From Phoronis australis (taxonomy: Eukaryota; Animalia; Phoronida), in the NCBI GenBank assembly GCA_002633005.1, contig NMRA01000029.1:760956-824955 (forward strand): a DNA stretch of 64,000 nucleotides, in the 5' to 3' direction. Below the pieces are notes generated by a model that was not told the origin of the DNA, did not search any database, and saw only the letters and a list, made by a program, of their open reading frames with translations. The stretch's first letter is position 1. Each line of letters begins with the position of its first letter. A program made the translations under genes and the position numbers. This document shows positions 12,960 to 26,597 of this stretch, piece after piece.

Positions 12960-15900
12960 CTACTTTTTTAGACTAGCCACAACCTTGATGGCAGCATCTT
13001 CAAAGGTGTCCGCCGACAAAATGGGGAGTCCGCTGTCCGCCAGAATTTTCTTGGCCACGTCTTGATTCATGCCTGCAGGTTAGAAAGGGAAAGGTACAAA
13101 ATTGAAATCTCACTTTGCCAAAGCTGTTAAAAATAAGGTGATGTCAACAAAGTGATTTTCAACACCAGGAAAGAGCACGAAGAGACCAAATTGAAAGTGT
13201 AATATTGACATTCTCTTGTGGTATTTGACATAGTTTTTGGACTTCAATCGTCCCAGGTGTAAGTGCACCCAAGGTGTACGTTCATAATATATGAACATGT
13301 GTGATTATTATTGCAAATGACAATCTACCTAGGCTAGAAAGAACGCCATCCGTATTGCTTCTTTTCCAAGACTTTTCAATGATAAAACTTTTGTTTTTGC
13401 AAATTATTTGTCCGCCTAAAAGGCGACCTTTCGGAATTGCACCAAATGATTGAACCCAAGCCCAATTGAATGCACCAACTCAAGCAATGATTTGCAACTT
13501 AGTTACCACGACAAAAACAATTCAAATGCACTTTTTCATAACCTTGGCAGCTCAATAGCCCTGACAAAATTTTTACTGCCCACAAAAACAAAACAGCTTT
13601 ATACACATCAGGACTGATCTATTCCTTAACACTGATAAATCTATGAACAAGTTCCACAATATTCGTATCTTTCAACCGTGCAATCTCTGAATATCTAAGC
13701 AACTCATTCTTTCAAACACTCGATGGAAACCTACAGACGTCTGCTAATCTTACCATATTTGCCCTAAAAAGTGCCCATACCAATTGTAACAACATCCTTG
13801 TAAAAGTAGAAACTGTAAGTTAATAGCAGCAAAAAATATCGCTCCTTTTCCCAATAAATTCCCCTCTAGCAATGCAAGAACATTTTTAAACCTCGATTAC
13901 AACACCTGTTGCCTGTGATATTCATAATGTAAATACTTTGATTATGATTGTAATAGCCATTCCGCATACTAGATTATGTTTGCTTGATTATGTCTGTAAA
14001 AGTATAACAGTTATTCAGCTGACACACCTCTTCAATTTTAAGAAGGTATAATTTGTGAAACAATCATATTCCTTGTATGTCTTGCTCGGACATGTATACT
14101 CTACAACCCAGAAATAAGCTATTGTTTAAAATATATAACAACTGAAAGTAAAATGTCAACCAAGTTAACTATGTACACATTTCAGTGAATGCTGGAACAA
14201 GTGAGTGTTCGTTTCTACATGTGGAACTAGGCTACCTGTTGTCACACAGTAAACAATTACCCAGACATACGACCAAAAAGGGTATTTGGTCCTGGTCTGT
14301 ACCCTGACTCATTCTGAGACCGGCACTCACTGCTCAAACAAAAACATAAGGCCTACCTGCATTCATTTTAGTGAAGATCTCAGTTATAAAAGCCCCACCA
14401 TGGCACCCACGAAACATTTGACATGCCAAGGCTTACCACGTTTGGTATAATTACCAAAAACAAAAACAGTACCAACTACGATTTTTAGCCTAATGTCCTG
14501 CAGTTTCTACATTGGTACATATCGATGCATACATTTTGTATTACGCAATAAAGAGATATCACATTAAAACACATAACTTGCAAAATGGGTTTGCTTCATG
14601 CAGCATCAACCATGAGAAACCACTTTTACTCTCGTTTTCTGTTCCACAGTGGAACACTGCATTTTTTTCATGTTCCTAACTACACATAATGAAACCATGG
14701 ACACACTGCCTCCTCATGGACAGAATGAAGTTCACCGATAACAGGGACACACTGCCTCCTCATGGACAGAATGAAGTTCACCGATAACAGGCACCTCAGC
14801 TATTTATACTGTTTCATTACATCTTGCCCTCGTGGTGGCAACTTCATCTCTTTATCGATTACCGTTAGTGGAAAGATGGTACTCACCTTCTAATCTCACC
14901 ACCAGGGGGATCTGTAGCTGTATGTTTTTACCCGCTTTTGTGATACCACTGGCTATAGTGGCACAATCAACGATGCCACCAAAGATGTTAACTAATATAG
15001 CTTCAACCTGTGGATAGAAATGGCAACAAATAGATGTTCATGAAGATGTCCGCATACGACAGGTGAGCAACAGTCTCAACTGCGAGGGAGACACAATGTG
15101 GCACCGGTGGTCTCCAACATCTTCTTGTCACATGACCATAACACAAGAACGGCAAGATCAAGCCCGTCTTAGCAAGATATAACCACACATTACAAGTGAA
15201 GCATGTGACCACAATAGATTTTCTCATGAGTGTCCCGAGTCATTCAAACACAGGCCAGGTCGCGTGATAATCACCTAAATACAGCCAACATTTTCATCCT
15301 TGTCAAGGATGGCGAGGTCATATTGGAAAGCTTTGAGCTGAAATGGACGGGGTAGCACATGGTACATCAGACAATTTGGTGTGTCACAAACACTTGCTGA
15401 CCAAAATTTATCGAAAGAATCGTTTGCAGGCCCAACAGAAATGGCTCATACAAAATCATTGGGTCGGCTGTAGCTTGTTGACTCCTGATTGGCTCCTACT
15501 TGCAGACCAAGCCTACATGTAAATAAACAACCTCTACCTATTTTGCTACTGACACACCAGCTGGCTGAACGGCCAACTCTTCCTTGGTGTCCACACCCAC
15601 CTGTTTATCGGAGGTGAGGATCTGGAATGCCTTCTCAACCATCTCCTCGGTAACTCCGCCCCCACAGTCCAGGAAGTTGGCCGGTGTCCCCCCGTGAAGT
15701 TGAACTATGTCCATAGTAGCCATGGCTAGGCCGGCTCCATTGACTGAAATCACGAGTTCCAAGTTTAGTTGGTGGCTAGCAGCTATCACCACAAATAACA
15801 GTTCGATTCGTAACATTTTATTATGAAATCCTAGTTCTTCTCAAGCATAGAAATCCTTACTCGTCTAAGCATGGAACAAGATGAGACTGGTTTCATAACG

Positions 15901-18900
15901 GTAAGTGGTCTAAAGCAAAGGATGGTTGTATACAGCATGGGTTTATTACCCCATCAAGGTTATACTCCCTCTTACTACCTAAAGCTCATATCATAAACGA
16001 GGCGATGCAGCCAGACAAATAGTAATGGTCACTTACAGGGGTTCCGAAATTTGAGAACCAGTTCCTGCACAGAATAACATCAAACTGGTTATCAAAATCA
16101 AAATCTGAGTGACTATTGTCCCTAAACTGACCATTCAATGCACTGACAAGTAAAGAAGTGGTGAGAAGCCATCATTGTCAACAGGGTTGGTTGACATTTA
16201 AAAGATTGGGTCACTTCGTGACTATCAGTGAATATAGTGCAATCCTTTTTGATAAGGGAAATCACTCCATAATAGGGCATGGAAAATTCGCTAAGTTTGT
16301 TCTGAGTTAAATCAGCCTAATTCATAATTTCTGTGTTAAGGCCATGGAAAGAATTTTGACAAATCATTAAACACAAGCCATCTTTAGTCTGACCAGTATC
16401 TACCATATTAAATAAAGTTTTGATCATTAATGAGAATGTCAGCGCAACGCCAAAAAAACATTACGCTTTGTAACAAATCAAAACCTTGCAATGGTTACTG
16501 ATGTCAAGTACTCACCCATGCACCCAATGTTGCCGTCCATGCCAATGTAGTTGAGATTTGCCTTGGAGGCCTCGACCTCACGAGGGTCTGTCTCTGACAT
16601 GTCGTCCATGGCAAAGATCTCCTTTTGTCGATACTCAGCATTGTCATCAAAATTGATCTTGGCGTCGAAGCACACAACTACGCAAAAATGAATAGTAACA
16701 ATACTTGATTGTGGTGATTCAGTAGCAGCAGCAGCAACAGCACCACCAGCACTTGCCAAAATAGCAGCAGTAGCAGTAGCAGTAGCAGGTATAATATTGT
16801 CTGACGAAAGCAGTGTTTTATGAAAGCACCACTGTCAGACTGATGAGTGCCTAGCTCACCAGCATTCATCATTCCCACGACATGCACCTGTACGCAGGTG
16901 TAGACTTGTTAAAATACACCTGGAGCTTTGGAGCACATTATCTTAAAACTCAATCTCTTAAGAACTCAACAATGCAAAATCACATTGACAAGCTCTAATG
17001 TATGGGGGGTACAAGAGTCTGCCAGAACGAATGGGCAACAACTTTTCTTGAGAATATTGTGAACACAGGCTAATTAGGCTAATGGATGCGTATGTGGCCT
17101 TCTAAACCTCAAGTGCCATTCTACAATGACTTGAAAACTAATGCGTTAATAGATGGTGTGTCCAAGTGGCCGTAGAAAATGACCCACGTGATCAAAAAGA
17201 CTACCAGATATACTTCACACAAGACAAACTCATATTTTGGGAGCTGTTCCAAGAGAATTGACTTAGCTTAAGACGAATTTTTAGTTTCAATCAATTTATC
17301 TCAAGTTCGTTTCCAGAAAAAAATCTTAAATTTGACTTCAGTTCTTAACTTCAATGTTGTCTTAATTTTGGTTACGTTACCGGATGTGGTAGTTTCATAA
17401 TTGAAGTTGAGACAAATCTTAGGCTTAAGTCAAAAAATGAACTTAAGTCAGTTTCTTGGAACAGGCCCCTGGATCCTCAGATACATTGTATCATTTACCT
17501 ACAAAAGTCAAAACAAATTGTATACATACCTCTACCATCAGGTGTTTCTCCAAATGGATTGATCTCGACTTGAACAGCATCTACCTTGTTGAACATCTCG
17601 TACAACCTCTGGATCTGACGGACAGCCTGTGTATGGCACAGCAACAGCGCGATTAACTCATTCAAATTGTAACACAAAAAATCGGTTTGTGATTTTCGAG
17701 ACAAACAAAAGTAGCAATTTACAGTGTACAAACGATTCAAAGGTAAAACCCGTAATATCCTAGCTGGCTTCTAAACTCATCAACCAAACACTGTGAACAT
17801 TGGAACACGAAATTAAATGTTCAAAGCTATGGCAGTAATCCTTTGACACTTAAGTCATTGCCATTTAAACAGCTGTCTACACAAATTCTCCAATCAGCAG
17901 CAAACAAAAGGGAGGGATTTCCCACAATGCAACATTTTAAGTGTATGCAAGAGGAACTGTAAAAATGTCGATAGATCAAGTATTGCTCCCAGACCAATTG
18001 AAACCGAGTCAATTGTGCAAAGAATTTATAAATAGAACTGCAGTGTTATTTATTCATGCGGTTGGATAAACATCAAGAATGCAGAAGGACATGACAGCGT
18101 CTCTCACCGCAAGGACACCTACCTCATCCAACTGGTCACCCTTGAACTCCAGGAATTCGGCCATTTTCTTACACTGCTCCTCCGTGACACCTGTCTCACA
18201 ATTGATCACCTCCTGCGGTGACATCATTAAATGTTAACTTTATACACACCACATGTGACCCGCATTTAAAACAACGACCACAAGAGTAGACACAAAGACG
18301 AAGACCAGCACAAGATCCTCACACTCCCTGCAAACTTCTACCTGATCTGTTTTGACACAGTCCACAACTTTGTTCATAACTACGTGTCCTAGATCTGAAT
18401 TTGATCATGACGTATAATGACCAGTAATGACCCGTGAATTCCACTTGCACTGAGCTGCCATGAAGGAAAACTTGTACAAACCTTCCCAATTTTTTAGAGG
18501 AGCAATATAAACACCAGTGGCCACATGCTAACAATAAAACGTTTAATGTCAAAACATTAAAAAAATACTTTTACGGCCCAAATCATGCCCGATAACCAGC
18601 CTTGAAATGGTCAATGTGAACCTTTCCCCGACAAAAATGGGGAGGACTAAATAAAAAAAAAAAAACGTTACCACCATCAGTAGCATGCGTCCGCGTCCTT
18701 TTAGCTCGCTCGTCCACTCCCAACCCACACATTTTTGGCTGCAGAGCGGTAGTATTTGTCGCCGCACTTAACAATAACACGAGACGCCATTGAAAATCCC
18801 ACCACGCTGTCCCAGATGCCCCGGCAATGTTGACAATTTACGTTCCTCCGAACACAAAGAGCAACTTCCGCTTTTCGAGGTGAACGTCGTCTGCAACGCC

Positions 18901-21900
18901 GCGGTAAAAAAGGAATTTGCCGCGGAAATTTTATATCAAATCCGATTTTTTTACGCGGAAATATTATAAAAAATGCGGAAAGCACATTTGAAAAAAGCGG
19001 AAATCCGCGTTTCCGCGGAAAATTCCAAGCCCTGTTTTAAACCCCATTTGTATACCCATAATGGTTAAATACATTTAACTACGAAATGGAAATTATAAAA
19101 CACTGAACATGCAACAACAAAAAAAAAACTCTTTCATCAGTTCATTTCACACTGAATAAAGTGTCCTTTAGATGTAGTTAATGGTGTTGACGTTTTATAC
19201 AATGCAATGACTGTTGTTGTCAGTTCACTGTGTTGTGATGCATGTAGGTGTCTGTGGTGGCGTTTTACTCTAACAGTTGTGTACATGCCATCATCTCTAG
19301 GTGCAAGTGGACCAGATAACCAAGTAACTATCACTAGACTGCGGAATTGTGATCTCTCTTTTGCCTTGGTGCGTTCCCAAGTGCCTGCCTTATGCCAAGC
19401 AATGACACGCTTCTCTGCAGCGTTCTCTGCATTTTCAGAGGATGGGATTTATATCTGACAGTGTGTGAACTCACCAGGGTGTATTCACACAAACATTTTA
19501 CATAAACGACACACTCAGAGAAACTACTGACCGTGTAAATCTTGTCGGGGAACTTTTCCGCCACTTCCTCAATGTCCATGCCACCCTCAGGACTCCCCAC
19601 CATGACCACGCCCCCTGCGTCACGGTCCATCAGTATGGCCAGGTAGGTCTCACGCGCGATGTCCAGAGCTTCGGCAATCATCAACTGGAAGCAACAACAC
19701 GACACGCTCATCAAATTTTCCAGCAATGACAAGTTTCAACACATTATTTAAAATTGAATTTCACTAATACAAGGACCCAGGGCCACACGGGGGCTGAAGT
19801 CATGACCAGGGAAGAAGGAGTGCAGTACACACAAAACACCATCTCAACATGTTATGGCCAGTCACAACTGTTCACTGCAGCTACTCTCATGAGGAATTCC
19901 ACTGGCATTAAGCCATTATGACGGGAAATTTTTTCTTACACACAGCTGTCATGATAAGAAATTAATCAATCGCAAGCTCTGTCCCTTGCACAATGTTTAC
20001 AAACAAACAATAAGTTTTACCACGCAACCTGTTGTTTGTCAGGTAAAATGGCGGCTTGGAAACAAAGGTTTCACGCATGCTGCGTTCTTATTGGTCAGTT
20101 AAGCTATAACTCAAAATCCTGGTGATAGGTCAATTCCTCTAATGCTCAACTGTCACTATGAGAAATTCTGGTTACTTGTCTGATTATTTTCGGTGTGCAC
20201 TGTATCATCAGTACAGAGTACAGAACAGCTTGACTAGCTCCACCTAGTGTCAGTGGTTTCACTAATGTAGGCGATACCTGACAGAAATTGCCACATGTAG
20301 CAAAGTAAGTTCGTGAGTGGGTGCTCACTAGGAAATGGTGATAAAGGAAGATCACTCATTTTAACATGTGCGTAGATCATTGAGAGTAGAAAGCAGTTCA
20401 ACACCATGAAGGCTTTCGTGGGATAAAACGCACTCATTTTTACGAGTTTGCCCCTTGCTACACAAGCACATCTCAGTAAATTTCGAGTTCTGTAGCATCG
20501 TGGTCAAACACAAAGAACTTCATAATCATGCACTTCCACCAAATGAACTTATACAGTGGTCAACAAGAAGTTTCACATATAGGATATGCACAAATCCTTA
20601 AAACTCTTCACGACAAAAATGGGTAAATATTTTGGAACAAGAGAACTGGCTTCTGATTTACCGCCGATAGCGACGCCTTAATTCAACTAAAGTCTCTTCT
20701 TTTGTGTTGGTAGAAAAAATATTGTAACACTGACTTAGTTTCTAAAAGATTACAAACACATTTTTGAGTAAAGTACAAGTAAAGAATGATATATTGCACC
20801 ACACTCGGGTTGTCAGACTTTTCATGTCAGTATTGGTGCTGACCGTGCAGCAGTAAAAATTTATTGGCATGAGAACAAGAACTTAGGTGTACAATAGTCA
20901 TGGGCACGACAGCCGTTAAATCAAGTGGCCTATGGATGCACAGCATTGTGGGTAAATAACACAGAATGAGAGCAGTGTTGTATTCTGGGATGTGCCCATC
21001 GCCCACCGAATTCCGTTACCTTTTGAACAAGAACACCCTCTGCTGGAGTTTGCTTGGTGACCAACTTGTGTCCGATCATCTTCTCTGCCATTGGTCCAAC
21101 TTCCGCTGGACTGAAAAAAAGTCAAATAAACCCGAGTTCACAAAACAGATGAATCCAGCAGCTGGTTATTGATCTGGCATAAAAACTTAACTGGCGTTAC
21201 AACCAACAGTGTAAATGTTTAGACATAAAATCACAGCACTAATAAGCTAAATAACACAAGAATAACAAGCTCATGTCCCATGATCAAACCAAACACTAAT
21301 TTGCATAATAAGCTTTCACATAATTTTACATAGTACAGTGTTTCCCCTAGGTTTTGAAAGGAGCGTGGTGGTGAATGGCCAAAACGGGGTGCAAACCCCG
21401 TTGCCGCACGCGAACAAGTGGGATGAGAAGTGGGATCCCCTTATGGCCTGGGTTTCGAAAGGAGCGTGGTGGTGAATACTCGACGCGGATGCGGAACCCG
21501 GCGCCACATGCGAGCATGGGATGAAGTGAGATCTTCCCATCGGGTGGGGGAGGGGGGGTGGGGGATATGGGGTTGGGAGTCCTTCCCCGGGCAAAATTTA
21601 AAAATCAGATGTAATTGGGTGCAGTTTGCTCATCATAGACAAGACCTTAACCAGAGCATCATGTAGAGGAAGTATTTGGGTAAAAGAAACTTCGCAAGAC
21701 AATAATAGCGTAGTGTGATCTTTGTCGCACTTGAGTACAAAAAACAGTGTTAAATTCAATTATCCACCAAGTGACAAACATAGAAAAAAATTATTTGAAC
21801 TTTGTACACATAATGAACTAATTTGTGTAACTAAACTTCCGTTGATAACGTCTTGCTAAACATAAATCAGTGATAGTGGATTGGCGTTGGCCGGCGTAGC

Positions 21901-24900
21901 AGATGATGTATAATTCAGTCCATGCAGATGAATCGGAGACTGGTTAACATTCAATATCGTCATTTTGGCACAGGGCTATGGTTGATTAAACAGATGGATG
22001 TCACGCCCTGCAGTATAATTCACAATGTCTTTTGTAAACTCACACACAATAAAATTAATGAAGCAGAAATCTTACTGTTTCTTACTTCATTAGCGAGCCC
22101 TGGCGATTTCCCATTTTAGAAAATTCGTACTGAGGTTGTTGTCTTGTCCCCGGAAGTATTAAGTTTAAACGCATTGTCGGATAACCAAGCAGAAACGAGG
22201 TACGAAAGGAGATTGGGGATTGAATGACTGTGTTTAACAGTGGCACAATTCAAGATCCCACTGTAAAATTATTACTTTTCCCTTTCGATCCATAAACGAC
22301 GAAAGGTGCCGTGTGACTTGTGCTTATTCATTAATACTAGCGATCATTTTTACTAGCGATCATTTTTACTTGCGATTCATTTTACTAGCGATCCTTTTAC
22401 TAGTGATCATTTTACTAGCAATCATTTTACTGGCGATCACTTTAACTGGCGATAATTTTTACTGGCAATCATTTTTACTAGTGATTGTTGCGTGGCGGTG
22501 AAGTTTCCCCGTCACGAATATGGCGATCAATTTGAGTATGGTTTACGAGTGGCGGGGCTAAAAAGGAGCTTGGCGGGCCGCCCAGAAGTTTACAGGCAGG
22601 GGAAACCCTGTAGTATGCGAAATGAGCTTCTTCAGACATGACCTCAGTTGGATAGCTCTAATTTAATTAAATGTAAATACAACTTGCAGCTTATGAGGAG
22701 ACCAGTCCTGATTCACATGGTACTTTCTAGTCTACAAGAAACACAATTATTTCAGAAAACACCTGGAAAAGAACAGTCACGCTGTGAATGTAATTTACAA
22801 CCACGTATCTAACTGAAGTACAATCAACAGTCTCTCGTGATCAACTTTGGAGTTGGAGCCTACTTACTCATAAGACAGCTGAACGCCACCCTTAAACCCA
22901 TTATCGAAGGTGCCCTTGCCGCGACCTCCAGCCAGTACTTGAGCCTTAATCACAAGGTACTCGGCAAACTCCACTAGAATGGAACATACACTTACACGAC
23001 GGTGATATTTGTCAGGAATCTAACTTCAAATTAAGACACTTAGATCTACACAATCTCACGAGTGGAGACATACTGAAGTCAAAGATCATGTTATGTAAAT
23101 TACTTCAACAATAATCACTTACAGGGGTTCAACATTTAGAGAACCAGTTTTCTCCACTGAACAAACTGGCTCTCAAAATGTGCAACTCTGTAAGTGACTA
23201 TTGCCATATTTTCAATCAAATCTTAGATAACAAATATTCACACAGTGACTTTTCATCGAGAAATGTTGAGTCTTGGCTAAAAAGTTTCATGAAGCCTTGA
23301 ATTGCTATTAAATGCAAATGAAACGCTGGGTACAGCAAATTCACAAATATTTTACAATAACCAAAAGGTTGTCTCACAAGGGCCTGTTCAAAGAAACTGA
23401 TTTAAGTCCATTTTTGACTTAAGTCTAAACTTAAGTCAAAAACTTAAGTCGAACATAAGATTTCTTTTTTGAAATGATCTTGAGACAGATCTAAGTCTTA
23501 TCTTAAAATTGACTGAAAGTTAAGATCTGTCTTAGCTAAGTCAGTTTTCTTGGAACGGGCCCATATCTTTACATGGCCACGATCTTCAACTTTACTGGCA
23601 ATTCTAGTAGTGCTTAAACAGACTTTATTTAAATCTAAGAAAAATAGTTTGAATTTACTGCATCAAGTCAGTTACCACATGCTCCACAAATCCCTTCACA
23701 CTAGGAGACAGTGTGAAATGAATCTTTCTACGGTTGCTTTTACACCTAACTGTGGACAAACAAAATGCCTACTTTGAAATTCATCTGTCAACTTCACTTA
23801 TGAAAACATTCTTTCCACAACCCACTATTCTAGGGTTGCTCTGAGAAAACCATAAAATGTAAAAGGCCTTGTCATTTGCATGGCCACAGCACTTCACTTA
23901 CTGACTTCTTTGGCAGCAATGTCTGCTTCCTGAGCATTGGAGGCCATGCGGAACCGCTGGACATTGACTCCACTGTCAGCCATCAGCTGCTTGCTCTGAT
24001 ACTCCTGTAGGTTGAGCCATCGCACTGCTTGATTGGAGGCAGCCAGCTAGAAATGACCAATCAGAGGTTTTGAACAACAAATGCCCTTAAAATATTCTTG
24101 AAATTTCTACAAATTTAAATTACTTTTTATAAAGTTGACACAAAATTAGTTCTCTGTATAAGTTCCTGTGAAAATTTTGTACCGCCCATAGGCTACAGAA
24201 TTGTTTATTTTCATAATAAAACACCCTTTGGCTAACCTGTGTAATAATGCACTGAAACCACAGCCAACTTCACATGCTGGCTTCAACATTAGTGGCAGCT
24301 CTATCCCTAGACGATGAAGATGGCACCACACTGCCGAAGTTGGACCCAGAGAACAGGGATAGTGCCGCTGAGGGATAATTCCAGGACAGAGGATACTGTA
24401 GTGTAGACAGGTCTCCCATCTGTGCTGCCACCTCTAGGCTTGGCTGGCAAACAGGTGACCTCCCCATAACACGCTGCACATTTTACTTTGACCTCAAGCA
24501 CATTGAGTGTAATGGCATTCGGTCTTCAATTTCGTTGATGGAACGAAGGACAAGTGGGAAAAAATGTCAACTGTGGGAGTACTGTTTCAAATTGTAAGGG
24601 TTTAAGGATTCCAGTTGCCTCTAAAGGCGGCCATCTACACTCATACAGATAGATATAATAATGTAACTTTGTTTAGCCAAGGTTAAGCATAATTTGCAGA
24701 AAATCTTTCGATGTGCAGAGTAGATTAGGATTTGCTGCCGTCTGTCAAGTTGCTGGGGACAGTTTTCAGGATGCTAAGAGTGTTGCTAAGACCTGTAGCC
24801 AAGTGGCACCCCTGTTCCACAGAAGGGGAATAAGTGATGTACTACCTGACTTCTGGGTGTGATGTACAATTGAAGAAAGCCTGTTCAAACCACTTCCCAT

Positions 24901-26597
24901 TGGCAAGACTCTCGGTTTGGATGCTTGGCTCACACACCCGAGAATCTTAGTCCTGGTGTTGTCGTGATCATTAACAGGGACCTAGCAACACTGGCAGTCT
25001 CATTGGAAGACTTTTCAACACAAAGATAGCTGGCTGGCCAAGTTAACTGGCATGCTAGGTAAGTGCTACGAACAAGAGCAAGTAGCACAGATAATCAGAT
25101 CTGTGTCTGGCACACATCTCACATCATTCGTCCTTATCCTTGTCCAGTGCTGTCCTGTGATTTCCCGGATGGCACCACTATAAGTACATCGCCAAGCTCG
25201 GGACTTGGGCCTGTCAAATATGGACCTTGGTAGAAGCTGGTAGTGGTAGTTTAGGGCTTCCAGCTGATTGCAAATTTGCAAGTACTCTCTTATAAGTCTT
25301 GTCTGTGAGGTGTAACTAGTGAACCTGAGTAGTAATACAACATTTAGTTGCAGGCCTTTATCCAGTGTACATCCTAACACTAATCTGGATGCCCTGGCAA
25401 GGAAGCCCAATGTATCATTTGGATGCCCAATGTCAATCAGAATTTCTCCAGTTTGGACATCCACATTATAAGAGCACAAGGACTCCCAGTTAATGAAGTT
25501 AGGTGATAGTTCAAGAGAAAAGTGTTGGCCCTTTCAACTCAAAAGAAATATACAATGTACATAAAATGTTACATAATGTTCTAACTAAATTGAGATGGCA
25601 TGTCAATCATTAGTAGTGTCTTCCACTGCAGTCTGCTTTTTGAGGTCTGTCTCAAATTAAAAATTCAGTACTTGTAATATAGGGGCATACACCTTGGTCA
25701 ACTCCAAACTGGTTTGTCAGAGCTGTAGTTTCATGTTTTACATCTTTTTATAAAAACATCAAAAGTGAAATAAATGTCATTAGTTTAATAAAATATTGTG
25801 CCACAAGAATATACCTATTTAAAATTTTTGAGTTTGCGCCCGTTTCATGCTTTTCAATGTTTTAATATGGAGAAGCAGGGACACCAGCAATTTGACTGAG
25901 ATAACGTAAAACATAGCACACTCATAATTCAACCAATATCTGTAACATTTGTTTGGTAAGCTACTAGGCTGTTTTCGTAAACTTAGACGTAGAAGTTTTG
26001 GTCCACGCACTGTTTTTTAGTAAAAAAGTTACTACTGGGGAGCTGTTTTTCTAAACTTAGATGTAAAAGCCTTGGTATACATTTTTTTATAAAAACCTCA
26101 CTGTGGTGTATTGGGGGGGATTACTGGTGAATGGTGGTGGGGGTAACGCGCCGTTGGAATCCTGGACGCCCTGGAAGTGGAATATTAGCTAATAATTAGG
26201 AACCCCATTTTGGACACCCTATTTTCAAAATCCTGGATAAAGTCCTCTTTGTTGGTTGCAAAGGTTGTATCGCTTGTGCTTTTGTTTTTTATCGAACTGT
26301 ACTTTACACTATAGGCCTACTAGTCTACTCTTCATGCCCTTCAATCAGTTCTGAACTGAACTTCTGACGTTCTGTGTACTGTGTAGTAAAAGTTTTGGTA
26401 AAACTGTAAACGTTTGTGAACTGGAAAATTTTTATGTTTTATAAATGAGACGAAATAAGGCCAAAATAACACACAGGGCATTATAATAGAAATTATGTAG
26501 TTAACTGCACTGAGAATGGTGCATGTCGTCACCAAATTACCTGCTTTTTCATAAAGTGAAGCGCTGGGGCACGTAAACTTCTACAGAGCGCGGCCAT
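12960..26597 (-). CDS. SUCLG2: Succinate-CoA ligase [GDP-forming] subunit beta, mitochondrial (425 aa, 11 exons)
   Basis: Exons in transcript order: 26541-26597, 23902-24046, 22868-22973, 21020-21110, 19532-19684, 18123-18212, 17530-17626, 16516-16677, 15601-15743, 14887-15007, 12960-13072; total 1278 nt, phases consistent, all GT-AG. Motifs [14 protein letters not shown] (G-beta type rather than SUCLA2), [76 protein letters not shown]. Arg-rich, acid-free N-terminus resembling a mitochondrial presequence. Confidence 0.97.
14699..14790. repeat. Perfect 46-bp tandem duplication in the last SUCLG2 intron
   Basis: GGACACACTGCCTCCTCATGGACAGAATGAAGTTCACCGATAACAG x2. Confidence 0.95.
16023..16118. 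mobile_element. ~95-bp hairpin MITE, copy 1 of 4
   Basis: TCACTTACAGGGGTT..TTGAGAACCAGTT..AAACTGGTTATCAAAAT..GTGACTATTG; relatives at 23109, 35030 and 58745. Confidence 0.65.
16720..16788. repeat. Imperfect (CAG/TAG)n trinucleotide tract
   Basis: CAGTAGCAGCAGCAGCAACAGCACCACCAGCAC...TAGCAGCAGTAGCAGTAGCAGTAGCAG. Confidence 0.85.
17239..17469. mobile_element. PIF/Harbinger-like MITE (CTTAAG-rich family), copy 1
   Basis: TIRs GGGAGCTGTTCCAAGAGAATTGACTTA ... TAAGTCAGTTTCTTGGAACAGGCCCC; same family as 23380-23562, in opposite orientation. Confidence 0.75.
18596..19034. mobile_element. hAT-like non-autonomous element remnant
   Basis: CpG-rich island with repeated CCGCGG/GCGGAAA motifs ending in TTCCAAGCCCTG (CAGGGC-type terminus); left end uncertain. 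Confidence 0.45.
21336..22610. mobile_element. Non-autonomous hAT-like DNA transposon
   Basis: TIRs CAGTGTTTCCCCT / AGGGGAAACCCTG (12/13 match); TAGTA on both flanks; GC-rich subterminal regions; no transposase ORF. Confidence 0.75.
22336..22487. repeat. 15-16-bp minisatellite inside the hAT-like element
   Basis: About 10 units of TAGCGATCATTTT(T)AC. Confidence 0.9.
23109..23203. mobile_element. ~95-bp hairpin MITE, copy 2 of 4
   Basis: CAATAATCACTTACAG ... CTGTAAGTGACTATTG terminal inverted repeat; inner GAGAACCAGTTT/AAACTGGCTCTC. Confidence 0.75.
23380..23562. mobile_element. PIF/Harbinger-like MITE (CTTAAG-rich family), copy 2
   Basis: GGGCCTGTTCAAAGAAACTGA ... TCAGTTTTCTTGGAACGGGCCC. 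Confidence 0.75.
25351..26247 (+). mobile_element. Non-autonomous hAT element, copy A (SUCLG2 intron 1)
   Basis: TIRs CAGGCCTTTATCCAG / CTGGATAAAGTCCTC; subterminal GGACGCCC/GGATGCCC motifs; colinear with 28470-29474. Confidence 0.85.

Noticed and set aside
16678-16887. Poly-Leu and poly-Ala ORFs
   Set aside because: These are translations of the intronic CAG/TAG tract; the true exon 8 starts at 16677.
22313-22501. Hydrophobic 62-aa ORF ([15 protein letters not shown])
   Set aside because: It is the translation of the 15-16-bp minisatellite inside a transposon.
12960-26597. SUCLA2 (ADP-forming) assignment
   Set aside because: [10 protein letters not shown] and EINPFGETP match the recalled GDP-forming SUCLG2 sequence rather than SUCLA2 (LSLHEY, EINPMVED).
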